Source: Vicugna vicugna
Lineage: Eukaryota
Direction of reading: 5' to 3'
NCBI GenBank assembly: GCA_013265495.1
Contig: MU058636.1
Location: forward strand, 6,421,741 to 6,485,740
Length of the DNA: 64,000 bases
Shown: positions 24,287 to 35,958 of the stretch, in pieces
Layout: each line of letters opens with the position of its first letter
How positions within the stretch are numbered: position 1 is the stretch's first letter
Made by a program: the position numbers and the translations under genes
The notes under the pieces: model-generated
The model's database searches: none
Told to the model about the DNA's origin: nothing
Seen by the model: only the letters and a program-made list of their open reading frames with translations

Positions 24287-25340
24287 GTAAGTAGTGCATT
24301 GAGCAGCATTCTTTACCCTGACTGAACAACTGTGCTTTCAGAAAGAGATTTCTTTTTAATGTCAGGCATCAAACTCTTCAAACAATTCCACACTTTCCTG
24401 GTGCTCATTCTAATTTTCATCAGAAATCAAACAGATGAGTATACTTCAAGGAGATATCTTTTGCTTCCAAGAAACATGATCAAAAAATGGTATCTTTTAT
24501 GTTTTAGGGTTGGTTATGATTACTCAGAGGTGAGCTAGAGACGAGAAAAGAAGGAATCAGCCTCCTAGCTTGAGAACATAACATTGCTCGTTCAGTCAAC
24601 CAAGAATTTTCTATCCTAAGATTAGCTTTCACCCTGACCGTCAGTTTTTTTAGTTCCTTCTGGCGTCAACAGCAGGAAATGTCCTAGCTGAAGTGCAAAT
24701 ACGATTCGGGCATGTAGCAGCAAGCCTGGAGCTAGAGGGGAGCCTCTGGGGAATACTTGCAGGAATAGTTTTAGAGGCTGGAGACGAGGGGTGACAACAG
24801 TTAATTTTTAGGGGAAATGGAGAGTAAGTGGCAGGGGGCAAAATCTGATTCTAAGAGTACAGTCATTGGACTGAAGGGAAGTACAGTGTCCATCATTCTG
24901 ACGGTCCACAGACCCAACTCCCCAGACACTCAGTTAAAGGACTATGACAAGGGACAAGAGAAAACAAAGGCTCTAGTTTTTGTTTCTTCCTTTCTTTTTT
25001 AAACTACAACTTTAATGGGCATGGAGGGGGCCGTACTAGCCTCCATATTTGTGCCAGAAGCTTCTCCTTGCATTTCTGGGCCAGAAATTGATCCAGAATC
25101 TTCTATAAAATAGAAGTGACAAAAAAATTATTTTTGCCATGCTTATGGAGCTCCGGGAAGTAAGTGCTTTATATCCATTGCATTTATCTAAGAGATATCA
25201 GCAACCTCAAACTGAAAGACTCTCAACTTCAGCCCAGGCACCAAGCACAGCACCTAAATACAGCTCTGGTTTATACAGGAAGTCTCAGTGGCAAGACATT
25301 TTCAGTGAACATCTGTGGCATAAATGCTGAATTTGGTACC

Positions 25341-25816
25341 TGTAATAGCCTCCAAAATATCCCCAATGCTCTCTGCCTCCTGGTATCCGTGCCCATGTGT
25401 AAGTCCCTCCCATGTACACTGAATAAAATTGATCTATGTATCCAGTAGAATATTGTGGAAATGTCAGTGTGTTTGACTTCTCAGGATAGGTCATAAAAGA
25501 CACTGCAGCCATAATTTCTTTCTTCTCTCTTGGATCACTCGCTATGTAAGAAGTCAGCTGCCATGAACACTCAAATAGCCCTATGGATAGGCTATGTGGT
25601 GAGGAACTAAGAACTCCTGCCAAAAAGCCAGTGACAGATTGAGGCTTCCTGCCAACAACCTTGTAAGTGAGACATCTTGGAAGCAGATCTTCTAGCCCTA
25701 GTCAAGTCTTCAGCTAACTTCATCCCAAGCCAAAAATTTGACTTCAGCCTCATTATTGATCTCAAGCCAGAGTTACCCAGCCTACCTGATCTGGATTCCT
25801 GACCCACAAAAATGGT

Positions 25817-25847
<31 letters not shown>

Positions 25848-27844
25848 ATTAACTTAAGCTACTACTAAGTTTTGGAGTAACTTATTCCACAGCAATAGAT
25901 AACAAGCACAGATCTTGTTACTCTGGTTCTTGGAAGGGGAGTATCAGCCTAACAGATAACTAAGGATATGGAAATGACTTTGGAAAAGACAGTGGGCAGA
26001 AGCAGCACAGACTCTGAGGAAAGTATGAGTAGGAGCCTCACATGCAGTGAACAGACTATTAGCAGAAGCCAGAATGCCTTTGAGGAAGGTATGAGTCAGG
26101 GCCAAAAGGAGGTGTGTGAAAAAGTCACTGGAAACTGGAGGAAAAGGGACGCTGTTAGGTAGCATCAGAAAGCTTAGTGACAGTGCTTCCTGCCGTTATA
26201 TGGGAAGTAGAAAATGAACCACGTAAAATGGGAAGACTTTGCTAAGAAGATTTCAATGCAGGTGTTTACAGCGCTGCTTGGATGCTCCTTGCTGCTTATA
26301 GCAAAATGTAAACAGAGAGAGAGAAGCTAAAGAAAGACTCACACAAAAAGGAACAAGGACTTTCTGGTTTTAAAAATTCCCAGCCTCTCCAGATGACTAA
26401 CAATGCTATCACTAAGGAATGGCTTCCAGGCAAGGATGAAGTCCAAGACGCTTCCAGGAAAATATGGTCTCATATAGATCTGCTGTGGTGCCTCAGAGAA
26501 CTGTTCAGTCACACAACAGGGCTTCTAAGAAACTTAAGAGTGAATTTCCTCAGTAATCTCAGCAGAAGCCAAAGTTAAAGAAGAACTTATCTCAAAAAGA
26601 TTCTCAGACATGGTTTTTGTCTAACAAGGAACACAGAAAGGTTTGAAGACAATTATTTTGGCAGAAACATCACTAGCTTGGACTGAATGAGACAGAAACA
26701 GCACAGCACAAAACAAAACAAAAAAAGGCTTTGATCTCTCAAAATTTAACTGCAGGGAACAGGCTTGAAAGCTACACAGCTGCAAACCTGAGTTACCTTT
26801 CAGGGAAAAGGATGAATGACTCAGAGAGCAGAACCTAGAGCCCAGAGGGCAGGTCCATGGACCCTGGAGAAGAAGTAGGGCTACACTCTAATTAAGCAAG
26901 TTCCAAAATACACCCAGTTAGATTTCAGAACACTGGCACTCGTGTGCCTTCTCTTAGCCACATCTTTAAACAAGCGTGACTGTAGCAGTTACATTACGCC
27001 TATCCCACTATTGTGTGTTGGGTGTGTTAGAGGGAAATAACTTGTCTCTTTATGCTCACAGGTATTCAGATCAAGAGCAACTGTACTCAAGGAGCTGTAC
27101 TTAAAAAACTACACCCGAGGAGTTGCATCTGTATATGATAGGATTCTGGACTTCAATCTGAGGTTGTAATAGGTTGAGATTTTGGGGTGTCTTGGGAGAA
27201 GTGTGAGTGCACTTTGCATGTGGAAGAGACATGAATCATCAGAGGCTAAGAGGCAACTAGTAGTCAGTCTCCAAAAGGGTCCCCAATGTTCCCTGACTCC
27301 TCTATTTTAGTATACGTATATATGTATATATGTAATTTTATCATTATAAAAGATGTGTAGGATATAATTTATACTTCCTGAAGTCTAAATAATCAATAAA
27401 ATGATTTAATCAAGTTCTGATATGTAGTGTTTGCTCATTTCCATAATATAAGTAATCCCAGCACAGCTGATTTTAAGCCTACATAGATTCATTCTTAATG
27501 ATGGCTGTGTTTAACAAATGGATTGCAAAATTCATAAATGTTAACAATTACTTCTCAAAAGCAGGTATGAGCCAGCTTCAGCCCACCATTGAACTGAGCG
27601 CCCTGTACGTGAACCATCTTGGAAGCAGACCCTTCAGCCCCGCTCAAGCCTTCAGATGACAGCAAGCCCCACTGTTAGGGCTTGACCCTTGACTGCAACC
27701 TCATGAGAGACCTTGAGCCAGAAGCACCCAGCTGAGCTACCTCTGAAAGCCTGACCCTTAGACTCTGTGAGATACTAAATGTTTATTGTTTAATCCGCAA
27801 AATTGTTGAGGTACTTTGTTACTCAGTAACAGATAAATAATACA
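25341..27844 (+). mobile_element. MLT1F MaLR provirus (5' LTR 25341-25910, internal 25911-27257, 3' LTR 27258-27844)
   Basis: Both LTRs share agcctccaaaa...ccccaatg, catcttggaagcaga and cctgaccc...agataa..aca ends. Internal part starts gatcttgttac; purine-rich tract precedes the 3' LTR. Confidence 0.85.
27310..27591. mobile_element. MER63 (hAT-Blackjack) fragment within the 3' LTR
   Basis: gtttaacaaatggattgcaaaattcataaatgttaacaatt...ggtatgagccagcttcagcccaccattg terminus. Confidence 0.7.
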
Positions 27845-28021
27845 CCCGCAGTTGCTGCAGCCATGGGAGACATTGCTTCCTTGAGGCAGAGGAGTACAGA
27901 GGGAAATGGGGAGTTCTAGATAAGTAAGAGTAGCATTTCATAGCATACCTTTGGCACCTCTGTAAGCACCAAAACTGTTCGAGAGAAGTTGAAGAGAGAG
28001 CTGGAGTTTTTCCAGGGTTGT

Positions 28022-28155
28022 TTTTCAGTCTCATTTCACCAATGAAGTAACTGAGGCTTAGACAGATTAAGTAGCTTATCTAAAATCATGCTTCCAATAA
28101 GCCAGTAAGCGGTAAAACCAGGGTTTAAACCCAAATCGAAGCCTATGCTTTCCCA
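28022..28155 (-). mobile_element. MIR
   Basis: ctcatttcaccaatgaagtaactgaggcttagacagattaagtagctt...ccagggtttaaaccca. Confidence 0.75.
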
Positions 28156-29349
28156 GGGAGACCTTCAGAAAGTCTTTAGTTTTTAGAACAGTTTATTGTT
28201 TATGAATAATTTGATGCCTACTTAATCTGATGTAGAAAAAGGGTTATTATTTCTACTCTAAAATTTTAAAAGTTGAGATTTGTATAGCTAGTAACAGAGC
28301 TGAAACTAGAAACCTTCAAAACTCTAGTCTGATATTCAAAAAAAGACTGAAAAATAAGTTTATTTGAGTATAAAATATGATCATGTGTATAATTAAGTAT
28401 TAAATTTTGTAGTATAGAAAAATTCAAAATTCATAGCCTTGTTATATTTTACTAGTCTTTCTAATTTACAGTTAGAGGCAAGGACATGTAACAAAAGTAA
28501 ACTTCTATGGTCAATAAATGTAGATAATATTGTTAAGATTTATTAAAATTCTTACTTGTTCAAAATCAAATTTCTTTTGTGGCCTCATCCAATTTGACCC
28601 AGGACCTATGGGTCCCTACTAATTTGCATGATTGCCTCATATGGTATTAAAATATTTCCAAGCTCTTCAAATTATTCACTTTTTAACAGCTTCTCATAAG
28701 TACTTCAAATGAATAGTATCACAGCTTTGTTTTCCAGATGTCATTTCATGTGTCTGAATAATTCTACCAGACCTTAATGATTACATCAATTCAGGATAGA
28801 AAAGAACAAATACCAAACTTAACTTAGAACAATTTTAACAAGTTCCATATTTGCTTTTCCTCTTAAGCATTTACTATTTATGACTTTGTACAGTGGGTAC
28901 AGTGGTAGAAGCTCCATTAAAAAGGCGTAGAATTTGAAAGACCAGGATGCTCTCTGGGACTAAGTTTGAGAAATACAAACCAAATGGCCCACTCTCACTC
29001 TGAGAGGTGGATTGTAAATGTGATGACTAGAAAGACAGGATGTATCCAAACTCCAATCAGGAATACCAGAATGTGGCTGCAGTCCAATCAAACCGACTAG
29101 GGTAGGGTCTCGGGAAGGCGTAAACATGATTGTGGTCAAAGAAAATGACATCTAACCAACTGCACTGCAATTTGCAGGAGGAGAATGTGTCAGCACACCC
29201 AGGATGGTCCTCATAAGAGTCTGGGGAAAGGGAAGCATAGATTCAGGGAACCAGGTGAGTATTCCAGGCAGTTTCTAGCATCAGATACCCCAGACATAAG
29301 CTAGAGAATGGCCCTACTCCAGAAATAAAATGGTCTTTTTCTCCTGGAT

Positions 29350-29700
29350 TAGAAATTCTCAAATGTTTTGGTCTCAGGACCTCTTCACACCTTTAAAAAT
29401 TACTGAGGACCCCAAAGAGCTTTTCTTTTTTTAATGTGAGTCGTATCTATTGATATTTACCATAATAGAAATTAAAACTGAGAAAAATTTTAAATGCAAA
29501 ATACTTAATCATACAATCCCATTAACTGTCAGAATGATGACATTATCACACATCGTGTAGCCTCAGGAAAATTCCACTGTACACTCATGATGGTGAGTGA
29601 AAAAGAAAAATAGCCTCTTAATATTATAAAAATGGTTCAATTTCACAGACACTTAAGAGGGTCTTAAGGACTTGGAGCACACCCTGCAGAGCCCCGTCCT
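29350..29700. mobile_element. Charlie1-family non-autonomous hAT element
   Basis: ttctcaaatgttttggtctcaggacc...gaggaccccaaagagc...gtagcctcaggaaaattccactgtacactc. Confidence 0.8.
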
Positions 29701-30044
29701 TGATGATTCCAGTTAAACAACTATCTGGGGGTGTGTTGACTTCCCAGGTGAAACATCCTACTGGAGAAAAAGGAATTCACCTTTTTTGCAGTCTCCTCAT
29801 TCAGCCATCTATCTCACCAGCATTCTGATTTATATGCCAGACTGGAGTGACTGGCTTGGGGGAAGGGGTTTTTCACAGAGTCTCCTCAACTCTAGTAAAA
29901 CCGTATCTTAGTTTCTCACAGGTGATGCAGAACATTTCCCTGTGTAAAGCTCACATTCAGTCTCACTCCTGAACTTCATTGGTCTGGATTCTCAGAAATA
30001 TATTAAGGCACTGAATAAGTTAGAGGAGTGAGTACTCTCTGTTC

Positions 30045-30460
30045 AGTTGTTTTCATAATACGCCATTAATTACAACCCTGTGAGATAGGTCTTATAATCC
30101 TCATTTTAGAGATGGACAAACTGACGTTACACAGGAGCATATTGGTATGTGATAAAGCTGGAATCTGAAACATTTAATAATAACAATTAGAAGAATAAAC
30201 AGCAAAAATTGATTGCATTCTAAGTAGGTCGAGACATTGCTCTAAATACTTTATGTGTGTTTTTTTTAATTTCTCACAGCAATTCTATAAGGTAAAAACT
30301 ATGATTAATTTCCCACTTACCTTCGAGAAAACAAAGACACGAATAAATTAAGTGAAATATGCAAAACCATACAGCACATATAATTAGTGGAACTTGAATT
30401 TGGTTGAGCCCAGGTAGTCTGATGCCAGGATCCACACTCTTAAACCCTACCTTCTACTAC
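30045..30460 (-). mobile_element. Two MIR copies
   Basis: acaaccctgtgagataggt...cctcattttagagatg; second near-complete copy ending gagcccaggtagtctgatgccaggatccacactcttaa. Confidence 0.75.
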
Positions 30461-32203
30461 TACTACCAGAATAATTCAATCCCAAACCTGTTCCCTTACC
30501 TTCCTATGCACTGCCTTTCCAGAAAGTCCTCTAAGGAGAGACCTCACAGACAGGCACCTTCTCCTGGCTGCAGTTATAGTTAAGATCAAACATATATAAA
30601 TAGTGAAACTGTAAATATATAGGAGTAAATATACTGTATATAATATCTATACATTCTAAGGAACAAACTTGATAGAAAAACCCGTGGTTAATTTTATAGA
30701 AGTACTAAACAATAAAAAATAATTATAGAACGAGAGACACCTAGACTCTCAGAATTATAGAGGGTCACAGTTACCATGTAAGAAAGGGCAGGCTGACTGT
30801 AACAGAGAATTTTTGAATCTGTGTAGAGCTTCAGGCTCCACATTACTAAGCATGAATAATCTAGGGGCTTTGGCCAACAGGAATAATTTCAGACACCCTT
30901 ACCCTACCTGTCCCAGAACTACAGGCAAGGCCATTGGCCAGTTTTTAAATATACATTTGTCTCCTACATGCTCTAATTCTGACTATGAGGCTGCTTAACT
31001 TACTTTTTTTAAAGCACCTCACTGTTAAGGCAGAATTTAAAACTGTTCCTTCGATAATAAATTTTATAGAGGTAGAATTCTTTAAGAGTATGACTGAAAT
31101 TATTTTTTAAATTTATATTTAACATAGTACACTTTTTTTTCATCTCTGTGGTTATTTATTTACCCTGTTGGCAACTTTGATGATGATTTAGCACTCTGAA
31201 CTCTTGCTGACTAAAACTCCATTTCCATTGATAATGGTTTCACTTATGTGCTTTCACAGGCATTTGGATATAAAGATGAACTCAGAAGTAATTCCTTTGA
31301 TATTCTTCGATAACTTAAAAAAGGAAGAAATTTAGAATCTGAATGCTTTTCAGATGAAAATCAAGCGCCAGTCAGAACTGGTTCAACCCCTCCTGACCTT
31401 CCATGACATTTAAATACTCTTCTTCCAACCTAACTTACTTTGCCCTACCCAGATAGAGCCTTGACTCCAAAGTTGATAAGGGGAGTTCGTGCGTCACTGT
31501 ACTGATGGCACAACTGTTCACCTGTTGTCATGAAAACAAGAACTAACTCTCTCTCTGTTTCGACAGTGTTCTCATTATAAGCCACATTATCAAAAATCAT
31601 TTAATAATAATTTTGTACAAAAACACTTAAAAATGTGTGATACTCTAGGCCACATTTTTTTTTTTTGTATTGGTTCTGTTTTAGGCTGAAACAGGTATGG
31701 CCAGGGTTTGGGGAAGATTTTTAAAAAGAGAAGGACTGTAATGAAAGAAAAACTTACATGACGTTTTAAAAACTAATCGACACATAATGTGTGTTTGTGT
31801 GTGTGTCTTAGGCAATGAGTAGCATATAATACATCAGACAGCATGAACTAGGGAATCCAGTATGCATATCATATAGGAAATGTACATTTCAAAATTTTAA
31901 ACTGAGCTTGGTTGTGTAATTAATTATCCAAACAGCAGCAGCTGAGAGACTCAGAATAGAAGAGTTCAAAAGAACTAGGATAAACATGTAATTGTTTATA
32001 AATAACATCCATCTGTTATTAGTTATATCTCATAGGTGCAGCAAATCAACATGTATCCCTCATATCAGTTCCTGTTTGTCCCAAAGTACCTGTCTTGCCA
32101 AAGCACCTTGGTATACAGGGATGGAAGATAAAGAAACAGAGGGAATACTCTTCAACATTTCAACGTGATGGTGCATTTTCTTTTCTTCCTTCTTTTGTAA
32201 CAG

Positions 32204-32357
32204 GCTTGGTGTGTTATCTTTATCTGAAACCACAGTGCCAAGACCAAAGAATGACACGATGGATGTAATGGGCCAGAGTCAAGCACTGCTCAGTCTGCTG
32301 TGTGATGCTACCGAGAGTAACAGGGCTGCAGAAGCCAGAGCACTCAAAGCAGGTTAA
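32204..32357 (+). other. Candidate exon
   Basis: Strong acceptor ttttcttttcttccttcttttgtaacag|G. One frame open LGVLSLSETTVPRPKND...ARALKAG* to 32357; possible donor CAG|gttaat after 32352. Confidence 0.3.
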
Positions 32358-32689
32358 TGACAGCAGTGCCTACAGAAGAACCAGCAGCAGCAGAAGCCAT
32401 CATGGGACATCCAGGGAGCTCATGGAATGAAAAGACTTAAAAACATTGACTTAATAGATTCTGTTCTAAAGCAGGGCTTTGCTATCAGCTTCTGCTAAGT
32501 TTTAGACCTACAGTCAAATTATTTTCTTCAACTTGTCCCATTCACGTTGAAACAGGATTAGTAGTGCCAGTTTTCTGCTACCTACATCACAAAACATTGC
32601 TCAGAATCGTGAGTACTTGTGAAAAAGTTTAAGCAAATAGATAAAAATATTTTTCTGTCTATCTGTCTTGAATTGAACACGTAAGTGTG

Positions 32690-33560
32690 AGCAGTGTGAG
32701 GAATCAGAAAGTTAGGGATCTTTCTTCAAGGAGCTTACAGTCTAGCTGGAGAGATAAGCTACTGGACCTGTTATCTAATGCTACATAACAAATTATCCCA
32801 AATTTAGCAGCTTACTGTTTATTGTTTCACAGTTTCTGTGGGTCAGGGAGCTGAGAGCAGTTCGGCTGGGTTAATCTGGCTGAAAGTATCTGAGAAGGTT
32901 GCAGGGAAGACATGCACTGGAGCTGCAGTCTTATTCACCAAGAGAGGAACTGCTTCCCATCTCAATCAGTGGTGGTTACGAGGCCTCAGTTTTTTCCTGG
33001 TCGTTACCAGAGGCTTCAGTCCTTTACCACATGGCGCCCTCTGTGGGTGGTCTGAGTGGTCTGATGACATGGCAGGTGGCTTCCCTTGGGGAGAATAATC
33101 TAAGAGAACGTACCCAAGACGGAAGCTACAGTCTTTTCCAACCTAGTATCAGAAGTGACATACAATCACTTACAGACTGTGGTCACACAGACCAACTCTG
33201 ATAAAATGTGGAAGGGGCTTACACAAGTGTGTGAAAACCAGGAGGCGGGCGTCGCTGGGGGCCACCTTGGCAGCTGGCTAACACAGATACTTCCACACAA
33301 AGAGCAAATGTGCAAGTCCCGTGAATGATACTTCTGAGCAGGTGACTCAGAAAATACACGCTGCACGAGAACATCACAGGTGGGTTAGGCTCATCAGGTC
33401 ATGGTGCTGACAGGGCTCCCAAAAGCCTTGAGGGATCATTTAGGATTCAAAACAGGCAAACAGAAGCTGGGAAAACATTCCTGTCACGGGAATAGCAGGA
33501 CCAAAGAGAGACAATATCTATGAGACGTGCTGGAGAAGCCAGGAAGGCCAGCCAAGTGCT
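32690..33560 (-). mobile_element. L2 fragments flanking a nested MLT1F LTR
   Basis: ttcaaggagcttacagtctagctggagag before the LTR; gggaaaacattcctgtcacgggaatagca after it. Confidence 0.6.
32762..33284 (-). mobile_element. MLT1F-family solo LTR
   Basis: gttatctaatgctacataacaaattatcccaaatttagcagctta...cacagtttctgtgggtcagg...accaggaggcgggcgtcgctgggggccaccttggcagctggctaacaca. Confidence 0.85.
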
Positions 33561-34285
33561 GCCTCACAGCCTCCCACTTTGGGGCCCAAATAAGCTTTTC
33601 AAGAGATGGTGAAATTGAGTTTTCCTGCCTAGACTCCTGATTTGTAACTCTTTGCCACTAGAACCAGTGCTCCACTGAATCTGTTGAAAAATCATATTAC
33701 AGACAGAAGTGCCGAAGGAACCTCCGAGCTCATGGCAGCAACACCTCGAGTACCTGTAACACTAAACAATGAAAACTGTACGTAATGTGTCTAACGCCCT
33801 CTGTGCTTTCTGTGCAGCACAGCCGTACGTTACCAGATGCTGCAAGACACCATTCTTTTTTTAAATCAAAAAAATCTTGCCCAAAAATGAGACTAATAAA
33901 ACATTAATGAATTCTGATGAGCTGTTTTCATGGTGTCTACTATCTAATGATTAATACTCTATCAATGAAATATTTCTCATCTCATTTAGCCTCCTAATTT
34001 ATGTGATGTGAAATAAACAAAGGAAAATGATTATGTCTGTGTTGAAAGTTTTCCTCTTTGAGGTCGATGTTTAATGGTGAGGCGAGTGCTCAGAAGCCTC
34101 TGCTTTGATCCCTCTCTTTTCGGGTGTGTGGACATGTCTGTAATTGGCACCCAGATGCAACAGAAGAGGTGAAGTAGTCAGAATGGCCTGCAGTCTCCTG
34201 GCATGCACTCTGGTGACTGAGGGGATGTGACTCGTTCCAACTCCAGGGTATTCACTATATTTCAAATTGTTAGTTTTGCCCTTCA

Positions 34286-34627
34286 TTGTCTTTTTGTGTA
34301 TGGGTAAAATATACATAATATAAAATTCAACATTTGAACCATTTTAAGCGTACAATAGTGTTAAGTACATTCACATTGTTGTGTAACAATTAACACAAAC
34401 CAATTCCAGAACATTTTCATCATCTGCAACTAAAAGTATATACCTCTTAAACAGTAACTCTCCCGTTCCTCCTCCCCTAGGTCCCTGGCAAACACTATTC
34501 CACTTTTTATCTGTATGAATTTGGCTATCACAGGTGCTTCCTATTAGAGGACTCATACAATAGCTGTCTTTTTGTGTCTGGCTTATTTCACATGGCAGAA
34601 GATCTTCAAGGTTTATCACATGTCATA
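34286..34627 (-). mobile_element. L1MB-type 3' end
   Basis: ggtaaaatatacataatataaaattc...ttaagtacattcacattgttgtgtaac...ccctggcaaacactattccacttt. Confidence 0.85.
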
Positions 34628-35689
34628 AATATACTTTGTCCATGAAGAAAGGCAGATTCCTTCTTAAGCATGTGGCATTTGTTTGTGTCTTTATGTGGGA
34701 ATATATGCCTATAAATATGAGGCATACAAGGATGTCATAGGAGGGGTAAGGGCTATATAATTGTACCCTTGAAATAGGAACAGAGAAAGGGAAATAGTTC
34801 AGTTCACGTTGTCCCTAAGGATGTGGGCAAGAACCCTATTATGGGGATCAGAAGTAGTAAGAAGCAGGGGTTGGAGGTGAGGGGTTATGGGTGTTTCTCC
34901 TGACCCATCCAGCTTGCTCCTCTTTACATGCTCCTCCTGAATGATCCATTTTCCGCTGGAGTGTTCCTATTATTACAACCATATGGCATGAACCTCTTCT
35001 AGGCTTATGCATTTCCCTTCACTGATATGCAATGAGATAAAAGATTTAAAAAGTGTTCAACTTTCATAATACTTCACTGATTTTGAAGATCTATGGGGTT
35101 TTTTGCTATAAAATGGAACCAGAAGTTGTTTTAAATCTAAGTGTGTCCCAGGCAGTGATGTTACAGAGTCATTATATCACCTGAGTGGGATATATTTCAC
35201 CATGTCAGAGAAATAGATATATCACATCACCCCAAGATCATTAAACAATTCCTGTATGTGTGTGGAGGGGTATTATGGACAGTGAGGGCAGCAAATGTCT
35301 AAGGGAGTATCTGATGAGTTATAATTGGCAAACTGACTAATCTGGTACCCTGTCTCAGACATCAAAAAAGCAATCAGAGAGATGTGATCTTTACAGTGGA
35401 TGGTCCATGGCTGTGAAATACATGAGAATTCAGGAGGAGAGGAAAGAAGCTTTTCAGAACTGTCTAAAGACATAGCCTGGATTCCCTTCAATTAGTTTGA
35501 TGGAAAAACTGACCTGAACTGAAGTGAGGCTATTTATAAGAATATGTGGATCTCAGTTTCTCATTTAAGGAGTTCTGAACCTGAATAAAAAATATATAAA
35601 AATAAGGAGTAAAAATAGAAACTAAATTAGAGTAGCAGGTTAGACACATTCGATGTGTCCCTAAGCTTTTAGTCATCTGCCATGGAAAC

Positions 35690-35915
35690 CTATTAGCCAA
35701 CATTACTGAGTATTTCCTGTGTAGCAGGTATTGTTCTAATGTGTTCTTTAATGTTCTCAACAAACCTCTGGTATAAGTATCATTATCGTCTCCATTTAAC
35801 AGACAGAAACAAAGCCCCAGTAGTTTTAGATAAGGTCACTCAACTAAAAAGAAGTTAGAGAGAGAAAATCCAGGCACATTTACTCCAGAAGCCCTTTTCT
35901 TAACTAAACTACATT
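35690..35915 (-). mobile_element. MIR
   Basis: ccaacattactgagtatttcc...tcattatcgtctccatttaacagacag...aaggtcactcaacta. Confidence 0.7.
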
Positions 35916-35958
35916 GCTCCCACATAGCACTGAAAATCACTTAAGGAAATCCTTCATC

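Noticed and set aside
31260..31320. Plus-strand acceptor gctttcacag|G
   Set aside because: Short frames and no convincing donor; typical pseudo-splice site
33034..33048. CTCF-like GGCGCCCTCTGTGGG inside MLT1F
   Set aside because: Mismatches at two core positions; too weak without binding data
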